From an uncultured bacterium (GTDB taxonomy: Bacteria; Patescibacteriota; Minisyncoccia; UBA6257; 2-01-FULL-56-20), in the NCBI GenBank assembly GCA_963696395.1, contig CAVOJZ010000002.1, positions 495,317 through 559,316 on the forward strand: DNA of 64,000 nt. The letters run 5' to 3'. The position numbers were made by a program, and so were the translations under genes. Positions 53,397-63,886 of this stretch are shown piece after piece; the first letter of the stretch is position 1, and each line of letters begins with the position of its first letter. The notes under the pieces are model-generated. The model made no database searches, was not told the DNA's origin, and was given only the letters and a program-made list of their open reading frames with translations.

Positions 53397-54680
53397 ATGG
53401 AAAAGAAAAGCCAAAAAAAGCTTATCATTGCCACACTACTCATCGTGGTTCTTTTCGTTGTCGTTGCGGAAGCACATCCCAAACAGGCTCACGCGAATGC
53501 ATTCACCGATTTTTTCAGCAATCTGGTCGCTCCCTTTGAAGGGCAGGGAAGTTCCACGGGCAACATCATCACCCCGGCAACCTCTTCTGTGGGGCTCTAT
53601 CAACCGGTTGTTGATTATGAAAACGCCGTAGTGAACGCCGTAAAAATGGCTTCCCCGGCTGTCGTTTCAATTACGATTTCAGAAAATGTGCCCGTTGTGG
53701 AAAATTGTCCCTACAACCCGTTTCAGGATGTGCCGCCGGAATTCCAGCAGTTCTTTGGAGATGGAACATCGGGTCTCACCGAGCCGTGCGATACCGGAAA
53801 AACCCAACTGCAGGCGGTTGGGGGCGGCAGCGGATTCATTGTTTCTTCGGACGGATTGATCCTAACGAACAAACATGTCGTTTCCGATACCGGCGCTTCG
53901 TATACCGTTCTCACGAACGATGGCAAGACATATCCCGCGAAAGTGCTTGCCCGCGACCCGAGCCAGGATTTGGCGGTTGTAAAAATTGATGCCACCGGCC
54001 TGCCAACGGTCACGCTCGGCGATTCCAACGGTCTTCAGCTTGGCCAAACTGCGATTGCAATCGGCAATGCTCTTGGGCAATTTTCCAACACCGTTTCCGT
54101 TGGTGTCGTATCCGGCCTTTCCCGCACCGTAACCGCTTCGGCGCCGGATACCGGAGCGCAGGAAACCATTGAGGGCGTCATTCAAACCGATGCCGCGATC
54201 AATCCGGGAAATTCGGGCGGACCCTTGCTCAATCTGGAGGGCCAGGTGATGGGTATTGATACTGCGATCGCCTCGAATGCCGAGAATATCGGTTTCGCCA
54301 TCCCGATTGATCAGGCCAAGCATGATATTGCGTCCGTGGAAGCAACCGGAAACATTCAGGCTCCGTATCTCGGCGTCCGTTATGAAGACTTGGATCCGAC
54401 GACCGCAAGCCAGAATAATCTGCCGGTAAACTACGGGGCGTGGGTGCAAAGCTCGTCCGGCCAGCCGGCTGTTGTTGCGAATTCTCCGGCGGCGCAGGCA
54501 GGAATTCAAGCGGGCGATATTATCACCTCCATCAACGGCCAGGCCCTTGATGCAACTCATGATCTTGGGCAGATCGTGGATCAGCACAATGTGGGAGATG
54601 TGATTACGCTCACGATCAATCGGAAGGGCCAGCAGATAACCGTCCAGGCCACACTTGCGCAGCGGCCTGCCGGATCCTAG
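53397..54680 (+). CDS. HtrA/DegP-family serine protease with C-terminal PDZ domain
   Basis: catalytic triad contexts TNKHVV, D...LAVVKID, GNSGGPLLN. PDZ-like C-terminus. Confidence 0.8.
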   Translation: MEKKSQKKLIIATLLIVVLFVVVAEAHPKQAHANAFTDFFSNLVAPFEGQGSSTGNIITPATSSVGLYQPVVDYENAVVNAVKMASPAVVSITISENVPVVENCPYNPFQDVPPEFQQFFGDGTSGLTEPCDTGKTQLQAVGGGSGFIVSSDGLILTNKHVVSDTGASYTVLTNDGKTYPAKVLARDPSQDLAVVKIDATGLPTVTLGDSNGLQLGQTAIAIGNALGQFSNTVSVGVVSGLSRTVTASAPDTGAQETIEGVIQTDAAINPGNSGGPLLNLEGQVMGIDTAIASNAENIGFAIPIDQAKHDIASVEATGNIQAPYLGVRYEDLDPTTASQNNLPVNYGAWVQSSSGQPAVVANSPAAQAGIQAGDIITSINGQALDATHDLGQIVDQHNVGDVITLTINRKGQQITVQATLAQRPAGS

Positions 54681-54755
54681 CATTAGCAATCTCAGGGTGA
54701 GATTGACAATGGCCGAACACGGCCCTATAATTTCAAGTAACCTATAATAATAAAG

Positions 54756-57410
54756 ATGCCAAACTTTCATCGTTTCACCATTAAAGCGCAGGAAGCCTTG
54801 CAGAATGCCCAGGAAATTGCTGCAAAGAAGAATCACGGCGAATTAAAGTCGCTGCATTTGCTTGCCGCGCTTATCGAAGACGAGCAATCGCTCGTGATCC
54901 CGGTGCTTGAGCGTTCGGGTGTGAACCTTGAAAAGCTGGACGAACAGCTTGAAGTTGAGCTTGATCGCATTCCGCCGATCCTTGCGAACTCCGCGGTCGG
55001 GCAATTGTATCTTTCGCAAGAGCTCATGCGCGTGCTCGACCAGGCCGCAAAGATTGCCGCACAGCAGAAAGACGAGTTTGTTTCGTGCGAGCACCTGCTT
55101 CTCGCCCTGCTCGACGTGTCAGGTTCTGCCAAGTCGCTTCTCGAAAAGTTTGGCGTGCGCCGCGAGACCGCTTTCCGCGTGCTCGCCCAGCTCCGTGGCT
55201 CTGTGCGGGTCACCGACGAAACGCCCGAGAGCAAATTCCAGGTTCTCGAAAAATATGCGATCAATATCACGGACAAAGCAAAAGCTGGCCAGCTTGACCC
55301 GGTGATCGGCCGTGAAGAGGAATTGCGCCGCTTGATGCAGGTGCTTTCTCGCCGCACCAAGAATAATCCGTGCCTCATCGGCGAACCCGGCGTCGGAAAA
55401 ACGGCGATCGTAGAGGGCCTTGCTCAGCGCATTGTCGCCGGTGATGTGCCAGAACTCCTCAAGGGCAAGCAGGTTTTAATGCTCGATCTCGGATCGCTCA
55501 TCGCAGGGACAAAGTTCCGCGGCGAATTCGAAGACCGGCTCAAGGCATTCATGAAGGAAGTGAAGAATGCCGCAGGCCAGATTATCCTCTTTATAGATGA
55601 AATACACACGATCGTGGGCGCCGGTGCCGCAGAAGGGGCGATCGATGCGTCCAATTTGCTGAAGCCCGCTCTCGCGCGTGGTGAATTGCACGCGATCGGT
55701 GCGACAACGATTCGCGAATATCAGAAATACATCGAAAAAGATCCGGCGCTCGAGCGGCGTTTTCAGCCGATCATCGTCGAGGAGCCGTCAATTGAGGACT
55801 CGATAGCTATTTTGCGCGGCCTTAAAGAAAAATATGAAATTCATCACGGCATGCGCATCAGCGACGAGGCCATCATTGAGGCCGTCAATTTGAGCGCGCG
55901 GTATATCACCGACCGCTTTTTGCCGGACAAGGCCGTTGATTTGATTGATGAAGCCGCAGCGGCTCGCCGCTTAGAATCGGAGAGTCTGCCAAAAGAAATC
56001 GATGTTACCCGCCGCGAAATCACCCGGCTCGAAGTTGAAAAGCAGGCCCTTTCGAAAGAAGGCAAGAAAACAAGCGGTGAAAGGCTCAAAGAAATCGAGA
56101 AGCGACTTACTGTCTTAAAGGAGCAGAACGACGAGCTTTCGAGCAAATGGCATACGGAAAAAATTAAATTTGAAACATTGCACCAGCTTCGCCAGAAAGT
56201 GGACAATTTAAAGCGCGAAGCCGAAATGGCCGAACGCGGCGGCAACTTGGAGCGTGTTGCCCAGATCACCTACGGCGAACTGCCGCAGGCCGAGAAAGAC
56301 TTCCAAATGTTCGAAAAGAAAAATTTTGCCGGCACGTCCGGAGCGGGCGGTAAGAACAAACAGGCAAAAGCGGCCGCCGATGACCGGTTCCTTAAAGAAG
56401 CGGTGGACAAAGAAGACGTTGCGGCGGTTGTCGCCGTCTGGACCGGCATTCCATTAAAGCGGATGCTTGAAACCGACACCGACAAGCTTATGCGCATCGA
56501 AGAAGTTCTTCATGAACGTGTCATTGGCCAGGAGCCGGCAATCACTGCCGTTGCAAATGCCCTGCGCCGTTCACGAGCGGGCCTTTCGGATGAGAATCGG
56601 CCGATCGGATCGTTTATGTTCCTCGGTCCCACGGGCGTGGGCAAGACCGAACTCGCAAAAGCGCTTGCGGAGTTCATGTTTAATGATGACAAGGCGCTCG
56701 TGCGCGTGGATATGTCCGAATATATGGAGCGACACGCCGTGTCGCGGCTCATCGGATCGCCCCCGGGCTATGTGGGCCACGAAGAAGGTGGTCAGCTCAC
56801 GGAGATTGTCCGCCATCGGCCTTATAGCCTGATCCTTTTCGATGAAATTGAAAAAGCCCATCCGGAAGTGTTTAACCTGCTTTTGCAGGTGCTCGATAAT
56901 GGCCGCCTCACCGACAGCAAAGGCAAAACGGTGAACTTTAAAAATTCGATCATCATCATGACCTCGAATGTCGGCAGCGAATACCTGAAAGCCATGTCAC
57001 GGATCGGTTTCAGCTCGGCAGGCGCAACGGTTGAAGAAGGGGATTATCGAGAGAAAGTCATGGACGCCCTTCGCGGAAGCTTCCGGCCGGAATTCCTGAA
57101 CCGCATAGACGAAATCGTCATCTTTAACCCGCTTCGGAAGACCGATATCGGCAAGATCGTGGACATTCAGATCAAGCTTATCGAACAGCGCCTCAAAGAC
57201 CGGAACATCAAGCTTGATATTGAGCCCGGTGCCCGGGAATATCTCACGCGCGAAGGCTTCAGCCCCGAGTTTGGTGCCCGCCCCTTGAAGCGGTTGATAC
57301 AGAAGGTTATCCTTGATAAGTTGGCGGACAAAATCATCCGCGGCGAATTCAAAGATGGTGGAAAAGTTAAAGTCAATTTTAAGTCAGACGCATTGGTCTT
57401 TACTCCTTAA
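54756..57410 (+). CDS. clpB: chaperone ClpB (Clp/Hsp100 with two AAA+ modules and middle coiled coil)
   Basis: N-domain repeats, NBD1 [15 protein letters not shown], long M-domain coiled coil, NBD2 [15 protein letters not shown]. Confidence 0.9.
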   Translation: MPNFHRFTIKAQEALQNAQEIAAKKNHGELKSLHLLAALIEDEQSLVIPVLERSGVNLEKLDEQLEVELDRIPPILANSAVGQLYLSQELMRVLDQAAKIAAQQKDEFVSCEHLLLALLDVSGSAKSLLEKFGVRRETAFRVLAQLRGSVRVTDETPESKFQVLEKYAINITDKAKAGQLDPVIGREEELRRLMQVLSRRTKNNPCLIGEPGVGKTAIVEGLAQRIVAGDVPELLKGKQVLMLDLGSLIAGTKFRGEFEDRLKAFMKEVKNAAGQIILFIDEIHTIVGAGAAEGAIDASNLLKPALARGELHAIGATTIREYQKYIEKDPALERRFQPIIVEEPSIEDSIAILRGLKEKYEIHHGMRISDEAIIEAVNLSARYITDRFLPDKAVDLIDEAAAARRLESESLPKEIDVTRREITRLEVEKQALSKEGKKTSGERLKEIEKRLTVLKEQNDELSSKWHTEKIKFETLHQLRQKVDNLKREAEMAERGGNLERVAQITYGELPQAEKDFQMFEKKNFAGTSGAGGKNKQAKAAADDRFLKEAVDKEDVAAVVAVWTGIPLKRMLETDTDKLMRIEEVLHERVIGQEPAITAVANALRRSRAGLSDENRPIGSFMFLGPTGVGKTELAKALAEFMFNDDKALVRVDMSEYMERHAVSRLIGSPPGYVGHEEGGQLTEIVRHRPYSLILFDEIEKAHPEVFNLLLQVLDNGRLTDSKGKTVNFKNSIIIMTSNVGSEYLKAMSRIGFSSAGATVEEGDYREKVMDALRGSFRPEFLNRIDEIVIFNPLRKTDIGKIVDIQIKLIEQRLKDRNIKLDIEPGAREYLTREGFSPEFGARPLKRLIQKVILDKLADKIIRGEFKDGGKVKVNFKSDALVFTP

Positions 57411-57432
57411 GGGCTTCGTTTTTGCCGCCGCG

Positions 57433-58062
57433 TGGTTTCTGTTTCCGTTCTGGTTGTTTCTCCTCATCGCGCTTTATCTCTATTTCGTCCCTGTCCCGCA
57501 ATCCCGAACGGTTGCGGGTCCGTTTTTAGTGCTTCTTCTTCTCACATTTCTTGAGCCGGTCAGCCTGCTCGTCGCACTCATCTTTGCCGCAATTTTCTTT
57601 TATATCCTTCTCATCAAAGAGCTCATTCTTATAGACAGGAAATCTGCGTATGAGATAACCATATTGTCCCTCATCTTTCTGCTCTTTCTCGGCTTCTTTG
57701 AACGGATGGGCGGATCCATCAATCTGTCCTCCCTCTTTTATTCGTTGGCCGGGGCGGTGATTGCCGGATTCCTCGTACGGGAATTTATCCGCTTTGGCGT
57801 TCCGTCGGGTCGTGAGGCGCTTGCGCGGCCGGTGGTTTTACTTTCAACGGTGCTCATGTGGCAGTTTTTGGTTGTCGCGCTCTTTCTGCCGGTGGACTTT
57901 GTCTACCAGACCGTGGTCGCATTCCTGGGCGCAATATTTCTTATCGATCTCGTGCCGGCACATCTCTTCGGGGAATCATCGCGCGAGAAAGTGCTCGCAA
58001 CCATGAGCGTCATTTTTGTCCTTTTTGTTTTCGTTCTCGGCTCCGCCCGCTGGGGGCTATAA
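57433..58062 (+). CDS. polytopic membrane protein (start uncertain, likely a non-ATG start just downstream of the clpB stop)
   Basis: ORF track 57313-58062 overlaps the clpB 3' end. Hydrophobic helices throughout. 5' extension rejected. Confidence 0.3.
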   Translation, partial: WFLFPFWLFLLIALYLYFVPVPQSRTVAGPFLVLLLLTFLEPVSLLVALIFAAIFFYILLIKELILIDRKSAYEITILSLIFLLFLGFFERMGGSINLSSLFYSLAGAVIAGFLVREFIRFGVPSGREALARPVVLLSTVLMWQFLVVALFLPVDFVYQTVVAFLGAIFLIDLVPAHLFGESSREKVLATMSVIFVLFVFVLGSARWGL

Positions 58063-58700
58063 CGCTTGCTTTTGCCGGATTGCCGGATTATACTTCCGGC
58101 ATGAAAGAATCCGGCAAAAATGCATGGCAACTCAAGAAAGCCTATGAAATTGCCTATGCCGCATACCGAATAGCGACAAAGCTTAACGAGCAGGATTTCG
58201 CCGGACATCTAAAGAGCGCCGGCATTTCGGTGCTTGGAGCCGCGGCCGCGGGGGACTATATAAACACCAGAAAGCGGCTGGTCTCTTTGGAATATTTGAT
58301 CCGGTTTGCAATGGATGTGAATATCATGGGAATAACCAATGGAGAAATAATGTTGAGGGAAATACAGGGTCTTGATGAATCTTTGAATAGTTCGGCAAGT
58401 GAATCTAAGAGCGGCAACGATGTGAACGATAGGAATGAAGCCGACATTGCCGGAATTTTCTCAGAAGTTGATTCGATTGAACCGACTGGTATCCGGCAAG
58501 AGGTGGTCCGGCAAAACGACGAATCCGGCAATGATGCTGAATCCGGCAAAGTAAGCAGTGGCGGAGGAGGAGGTGGCGGCAATGGAAATGGCAATGGCAG
58601 CGGCGGCAACGGAGAAATAGGCGGTATTTTAAAATCGGCAATCCGGCAATCGGCAATCCTCGAGCGAATCCGGCAAGTCGGAAATTGCCGGATGAAAGAT
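58063..58700. repeat. cluster of ~10 copies of the 9-bp motif ATCCGGCAA / TTGCCGGAT (both orientations), spanning the intergenic region and the 5' two-thirds of the regulator gene
   Basis: tandem tgccggat-tgccggat at 58071-58088. atccggcaa at ~58108, 58502, 58529, 58549, 58640, 58649, 58669. ttgccggat at ~58685. Motif falls in different reading frames (ESG versus IRQ), so it is DNA-level. Confidence 0.5.
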
Positions 58701-58838
58701 ATCCAGGAGATATTGCCGGACACGAGTGAGAGAACAATCAGGTACGACCTTCAGACGATGGTTGAGCAGGATCTCATCGACCGGGTAGGGGTCGGGGGAC
58801 CGGCGGTTTACTATCGGATTCGACAAGCCAGCGGGTAA
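58101..58838 (+). CDS. putative regulator: N-terminal four-helix-bundle (23S-rRNA-IVS-protein-like) domain, Gly/Asn-rich linker, C-terminal winged HTH
   Basis: start at MKESGKNAW. C-terminal ILERIRQVGNCRMKDIQEILPDTSERTIRYDLQTMVEQDLIDRVGVGGPAVYYRI is wHTH-like (DeoR/ArsR-type). Confidence 0.4.
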   Translation: MKESGKNAWQLKKAYEIAYAAYRIATKLNEQDFAGHLKSAGISVLGAAAAGDYINTRKRLVSLEYLIRFAMDVNIMGITNGEIMLREIQGLDESLNSSASESKSGNDVNDRNEADIAGIFSEVDSIEPTGIRQEVVRQNDESGNDAESGKVSSGGGGGGGNGNGNGSGGNGEIGGILKSAIRQSAILERIRQVGNCRMKDIQEILPDTSERTIRYDLQTMVEQDLIDRVGVGGPAVYYRIRQASG

Positions 58839-59147
58839 CCTTTTAGAAATGGAGGCGTTATAATACGGGTAAAGGTTCTGCGTGAGGCAGAATCGAAATG
58901 CAAAGAAGTAGCGGTGTTTTCGGGTCTGGTATATGCATGCATTTTTGATCGCCTCACCATTCGTCGGGCGGTTTTTCTTTTATATAGATATTAACCTCGT
59001 TCGTCATCTGAATCCGCGAACCTCACTCGCGAAGAAGGATGGCGAGCGATTCCCAAAAAAAATTAAGCGAAAGGTCGACGTCATCCGGTCCTTAAAAAAG
59101 ATCGTATGGTCGATAACCAAATCAAATGTCGAAAAATTAATTAAACA

Positions 59148-62100
59148 ATGAGTATAAATAAAAAGATTTTTGCATCAGCCCTTACGGTAATGACATTTTT
59201 GTCGTTGTCCGGATTGGCTGTGTTGCCTCTCACGGCAAATGCACAGTCAACGTCTGATCTTCAGGCGCAGATTGCGGCTTTGCTCGCGCAGATCCAACAG
59301 TTGCAAGGTCAGCTCGGCACCGGCGGCAGCACGTCGGGGACGGGAACATCGATGACGTACAATTTCACCAGCGACCTCACCGTTGGTTCAACTGGCGCAT
59401 CGGTTACATCCCTCCAGCAGTTGCTGATCACTAAGGGTTATCTCCAGATTGCAGCCCCGACGGGTTACTTTGGCGCTCTTACACAGAAAGCCTTGGCAGC
59501 CTTCCAGGCAGCAAATGGAATTTCCCCTGCAGCCGGATACTTTGGTCCTAAGACCCGAGCATTCGTTAACGCCATGAGCACCGGCACAACCGGTACAACC
59601 GGTACAACTGGTACAACTGGTACAACCGGTACGACTGGTACAACCGGTACAACGGCCCCGGCAACGGGACTCGTCGTCGGGTTGGCTTCGGATAATCCAG
59701 CAGCTGGCTCTCTTATTACCAGCGCGCAGGGTTGCACGGGTATTTGCTCAGGCGCGGCTCGTGTCCCAGTTTTTAACTTCACTCTCACGGCTGGAAATTC
59801 AGCCGCAGTGACAGTTTCGCAGATCAACATCCACAAGACCGGCGTCTTGTCGGATAACTCGGTTGCCGGGGCCTATCTCATTCAGAATGGCCAGGTGATC
59901 TCGCAGTACAATTCCATCAATAACGGTGTGATCAGTTTCTCAGGCCTGAACCTCTCCATTGGAGCCGGCCAGACCCAGGAATACACATTTGCGATTGATG
60001 TCGCTGGCGGTCTTTCGGCCGGTAACACCACAGGATTCTCTATCCAGAGCGCTTCTGATGTGATGGCATGGACTGGCAGCAATACGGCGGTAACACCTTC
60101 GGGCAATTTCCCGTTGAACGGAAATCAGTTTACGGTGACAACTGTCTCGAACCCGCAACTCGCGAATCTTACAATTAATTCCTCTTCGATCGGCACTTCG
60201 GTGACGGCCGGAACACAGGATAATCTTGTAGGAGCATGGGGTTTCAACGTTGGCAATAACCCGGTGTGGCTGCAGAGCCTCAACGTCCACGTTATTGGTT
60301 CCGCAAACGTTGCGAACATCCAGAACCTTAAGTTAATGGTGAACGGCGTACAAGCTGGAGCAACCCTGTCTTCGGTTTCTTCGAATGGCACGGCTTACTT
60401 CAATATGGCGTCGGCTCCGGTAAAACTGAACACTGGAAATAACCAGGTGCAGGTTTTTGCCGATGTAATGGGTTCTCCGTCGTATAACTTCAACTTCGAA
60501 ATCTTGAATGGCTACGATGTCTTGGCTGTTGACAGCCAGTACAACGTCCCGGTTACCGTGAGCAACCTCGGTGGTGCGGATACCACTGGCGGAGCTAATA
60601 ACACGGGAAACCAGGTGACAATTCAGCAGGGTCAAATTACGATGACGCAGGATTCTGGTACGCCAACCGGTAATGTTGCCGCAGGCGTTTCTCAGGTTCC
60701 GCTCGCGAAGTTTGACATCTATGCCGCCGGCGAAGCAGTGAGAGTCAAATTCCTTGGCTTCTCACTCGTCGTGAACACGACGCAGGCGACTACTTCGTTG
60801 ATCTCGAATTGGTTCAAGAACATTTCACTCACGGATGACGCTGGCGGGCAAGTTGGTTCCACGATCAATACGCCTCCGTCTGGCTCTTCCTGTGATGTTG
60901 GCGGTGTTGCAGCTTCGAACGTTTTCGCAACAGCTGGTTCAGCTGTAACGTATAATGACTGTTTCGGTACGTCCGGATCACCGATTAATTATCAGGTTCC
61001 GGCGAATACGACTCGCGTCTTGACGCTCAAGGCTGATATTGTTGCGGGCGCAAACTTCGGCACGGTCACGGCGAATCTTCTCGGCGAGAGCAATAACCTC
61101 CAAGGTGTTATCTCGAGCGCGATCAGCTCTTCGGGCGGCGCCAGTGGTTCAGCGCTTTCGCTTGTGTCCTCGAGCTTGACCGTTACTCAGAATAACGCGT
61201 TGGGCAACCAGAATGTCTCAGCTGGCGTTACGAATCAAAAAATCGGTTCGTATTCGTTCCAGGCGGCTTCTGCTCAGGGTGTAAACGTGCAAAACGTGAG
61301 CATCCAAGCCAATGGCTCGTACTTCCAAAACCTTCACCTCATGGTGAACGGTGCTCAATTTGGGACTACGCAAGGTACGGTTGGATCGGGTACTCAATAC
61401 ACCTTCTCGGGTTCGGCATTCTCAATTCCGGCGGGCGGGACGGTGAATGTCGATGTCTACGCTGACACGCTTTCGAGCGCTCCGGCTAACACGATAATCA
61501 AGCCGGCCACTCTTCTTGTAGGCTGCTCGGCAGTCGGTCAAATTTCTTACAGCTCGCTTTCTTGCACACCGAACGGATCTATCTCCGGTCAAGGCTTGAC
61601 CTTTGGTGGTTCTCCGCAAATCACGGTGTCAGCTGATTCGACCGAACCCCCGGCAGGGCAGGTTGTGATGGGTTCCACGGGTAATACCCTTGGTATCTAT
61701 CGCTTCACGGAAACCTCAAACATTGAGAACGTGAAGGTGACAACCTTGAATGTGGTTGACGTGGTTTCATCCACGCCCGGAGTGAAGGCTGCATTCAGCA
61801 ATCTTCAATTGTGGAATGGTTCGACGTTGCTCGGTACGGCTGGCGCTCCGACGGCGGATGCTTCCGGCACGGGCTACATCTATACCTTCAATCTCGGTAC
61901 GCCAATCATTGTTCCACAGGCAAATTCCGTCTCTGTAACATTGAAGGGCGACGCTGCGACCTACTCTTCGCAGGGCGCAACGGATGATACCAATCACAAT
62001 TTGGATATCATGACGACGAGCGATGCTTACAATGCTACCTCGACTCAAACCGTCGTGGCGCTTGGTGAAACATCGAATCGAGCAACGGCAGTGACGATTT

Positions 62101-62657
62101 CGGGCGCGAATGGCAACCAGAATACTGTGTTGCGCACAACGCTCTCGGCGACAGCTGCTCCGCTCGGCGTAACAACTGGTCGTTCAAAGGCAAATCCGGA
62201 TGACTTCGGCACAGTGACCCTCACGGCGAACTCTGCTGGCCCGGCTGCGCTCAACACGATCAAGTTCACGTTCAGCGATTCTTCGAGCACGGTCTTCGGT
62301 CCGCTCTTCACAAGTTCGACGATCTCCCTTATTGACCAGAACGGTAATACGGTGAGCCCGGCGATCGATAACGGAACGGAATCGTTCTCAGGACAGACAG
62401 TCACGTGGACTTTTGGAACCGGCACTGCTGGCTTCCAGATCTCTGGTGGCGGTTCGTACACCTTCAAGCTCCGCTTGAACTCAACGGTTGTTCCGGGAGT
62501 CCCCAACACTTCGGAATCGCTCTCAGCGAACATCCAGAATGCTGGCGATGTAACCTACACTGATGGCTTGGATGCCAGCTCGACATCGGGCTTGACCTTG
62601 CCTTCAGCGGCGGTACCTCTCACGATCAACTCGGTGAGCTACGCGAACGGCAACTAG
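59148..62657 (+). CDS. large (1169 aa) secreted surface protein: signal peptide, coiled-coil, peptidoglycan-binding domain, (TGT)n linker, long beta-rich domain
   Basis: PG_binding_1-like LTVGSTGASVTSLQQLLITKGY...FGALTQKALAAFQAANGI. Thr/Gly/Ser/Asn/Val-rich beta-strand pattern. Confidence 0.55.
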   Translation: MSINKKIFASALTVMTFLSLSGLAVLPLTANAQSTSDLQAQIAALLAQIQQLQGQLGTGGSTSGTGTSMTYNFTSDLTVGSTGASVTSLQQLLITKGYLQIAAPTGYFGALTQKALAAFQAANGISPAAGYFGPKTRAFVNAMSTGTTGTTGTTGTTGTTGTTGTTGTTAPATGLVVGLASDNPAAGSLITSAQGCTGICSGAARVPVFNFTLTAGNSAAVTVSQINIHKTGVLSDNSVAGAYLIQNGQVISQYNSINNGVISFSGLNLSIGAGQTQEYTFAIDVAGGLSAGNTTGFSIQSASDVMAWTGSNTAVTPSGNFPLNGNQFTVTTVSNPQLANLTINSSSIGTSVTAGTQDNLVGAWGFNVGNNPVWLQSLNVHVIGSANVANIQNLKLMVNGVQAGATLSSVSSNGTAYFNMASAPVKLNTGNNQVQVFADVMGSPSYNFNFEILNGYDVLAVDSQYNVPVTVSNLGGADTTGGANNTGNQVTIQQGQITMTQDSGTPTGNVAAGVSQVPLAKFDIYAAGEAVRVKFLGFSLVVNTTQATTSLISNWFKNISLTDDAGGQVGSTINTPPSGSSCDVGGVAASNVFATAGSAVTYNDCFGTSGSPINYQVPANTTRVLTLKADIVAGANFGTVTANLLGESNNLQGVISSAISSSGGASGSALSLVSSSLTVTQNNALGNQNVSAGVTNQKIGSYSFQAASAQGVNVQNVSIQANGSYFQNLHLMVNGAQFGTTQGTVGSGTQYTFSGSAFSIPAGGTVNVDVYADTLSSAPANTIIKPATLLVGCSAVGQISYSSLSCTPNGSISGQGLTFGGSPQITVSADSTEPPAGQVVMGSTGNTLGIYRFTETSNIENVKVTTLNVVDVVSSTPGVKAAFSNLQLWNGSTLLGTAGAPTADASGTGYIYTFNLGTPIIVPQANSVSVTLKGDAATYSSQGATDDTNHNLDIMTTSDAYNATSTQTVVALGETSNRATAVTISGANGNQNTVLRTTLSATAAPLGVTTGRSKANPDDFGTVTLTANSAGPAALNTIKFTFSDSSSTVFGPLFTSSTISLIDQNGNTVSPAIDNGTESFSGQTVTWTFGTGTAGFQISGGGSYTFKLRLNSTVVPGVPNTSESLSANIQNAGDVTYTDGLDASSTSGLTLPSAAVPLTINSVSYANGN
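59578..59660 (+). repeat. 9-bp tandem repeat (GGTACAACY)x8-9 encoding (TGT)n
   Basis: ggtacaaccggtacaaccggtacaactggtacaactggtacaaccggtacgactggtacaaccggtacaacg. Confidence 0.7.
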
Positions 62658-62687
62658 TTTTACAGCTTGTGACTGTAAAGCTTGGTT

Positions 62688-62726
62688 AAAAAAACCAGCC
62701 CCCGCAAGGGGGCTGGTTTTGTATTT
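62688..62726 (+). terminator. rho-independent terminator after the surface-protein gene
   Basis: ccagccccc-gcaa-gggggctgg hairpin followed by TTTTGTATTT. Confidence 0.7.
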
Positions 62727-62779
62727 GGAGATGCGGGATTTTAATGCGGATTTAATCGACTCCGGCATAGCATGATTGA

Positions 62780-63271
62780 ATGGCTCCCGTAAAAAATAAC
62801 GCCGCTTTCATTGATGCGGCGAATCTCCATTATGGCAGTGCTCGGCTGGGTTGGCAGCTTGATTATCGGCGTTTCAGGGTTTGGCTTCATGAAAAATATG
62901 ACGTGCAAACAGCGTTCATGTTCGTAGGGTATCTTGATTCACAAAAAGAACTTTACAAAAATTTGTCGCTGGCAGGATTTTCACTTGTTTTCCGGGAAGA
63001 AGCATATGGCGAAAATGGCAAGGTCAAAGGCAATTGTGATGCTGACTTGGTATTAAAAATAATAGTCGATTATTATGAAAAGTGTTTTGATCAGGCTGTG
63101 ATTGTCTCGAGCGATGGCGATTACGCTGGGACGGTGGGGTTCTTACAGAAAAGAGGTGCTTTTCGGACGCTGGTATCGCCAAGCAATGATTGTTCTTACC
63201 TTCTCAGGAGACTTAATATCCCAATTATCTATCTCGATTCCCAAAGGAAGAATCTTGAGTGGCGTCCCTAA
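62780..63271 (+). CDS. NYN-domain (LabA-like) protein, second paralog
   Basis: AAFIDAANLHYG...AVIVSSDGDYAGTV signature. Confidence 0.55.
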   Translation: MAPVKNNAAFIDAANLHYGSARLGWQLDYRRFRVWLHEKYDVQTAFMFVGYLDSQKELYKNLSLAGFSLVFREEAYGENGKVKGNCDADLVLKIIVDYYEKCFDQAVIVSSDGDYAGTVGFLQKRGAFRTLVSPSNDCSYLLRRLNIPIIYLDSQRKNLEWRP

Positions 63272-63276
63272 AAAAG

Positions 63277-63320
63277 AAAGAGCCCCCGATGGGGACGAAA
63301 CCCCATAGGGCTCTCTTTCA
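63277..63320 (+). terminator. terminator-like hairpin after the NYN gene
   Basis: aaagagccc...gggctctcttt extended hairpin, short T-run. Confidence 0.4.
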
Positions 63321-63491
63321 TAGTAATCCACTTATATTTTATCAAGAAATATCATCAGGTCAAATCTCGTTTAATATTTCTTTAATCTAATCCCGAGAAT
63401 TCATATATTTCCACCCCCTTGCGCAAAAAACCCTTGTTTTTGCTATAATAATGGGGAGCATTATTAAAGGTCGGAAGATTCAAACACGAAA

Positions 63492-63767
63492 ATGAACAAA
63501 AAAGGATTAGTGGAATCAGTGATGAAGGCCGCTGGCATGCCCACAAAAGCTGAGGCAGAGCGCGCTGTAGAAGCCGTTTTCGACACCATCGTAAAGACGA
63601 TGGGCCATGGCGAAGAGGTGGCTATCACGGGATTCGGCACATTCCGCGTCGCGAAGCGCGCTGCGCGAGAAGGCCGCAACCCAAAGACCGGCGAGAAGAT
63701 CCAGATCAAAGCTTCGGTCAAACCGAAGTTCCGCGCTGGAAAGCTCCTCAAAGAAGCCGTTCTCTAG
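63492..63767 (+). CDS. hup: DNA-binding protein HU
   Basis: 91 aa. ...GFGTFRVAKRAAREGRNPKTGEKIQIKASVKPKFRAGKLLKEAV matches the HU/IHF arm region. Confidence 0.8.
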   Translation: MNKKGLVESVMKAAGMPTKAEAERAVEAVFDTIVKTMGHGEEVAITGFGTFRVAKRAAREGRNPKTGEKIQIKASVKPKFRAGKLLKEAVL

Positions 63768-63794
63768 TATTGGAAAAGGATCCTTTTTCAATGA

Positions 63795-63830
63795 AAACAA
63801 AACCACCCGTCCGCGGGTGGTTTTGTTTTG
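63795..63830 (+). terminator. rho-independent terminator after hup
   Basis: ccacccg-tc-cgcgggtgg hairpin followed by TTTTGTTTTG. Confidence 0.65.
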
Positions 63831-63886
63831 CGAGCGACGCGACCTTAAAACCTTACCCGCTAGTCTTTGCTTCCATGCTAAAATGA

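Noticed and set aside
57313-57432. N-terminal extension of the membrane-protein ORF overlapping the clpB 3' end
   Set aside because: It would overlap clpB by ~100 nt in another frame. The start is more plausibly a non-ATG codon just downstream.
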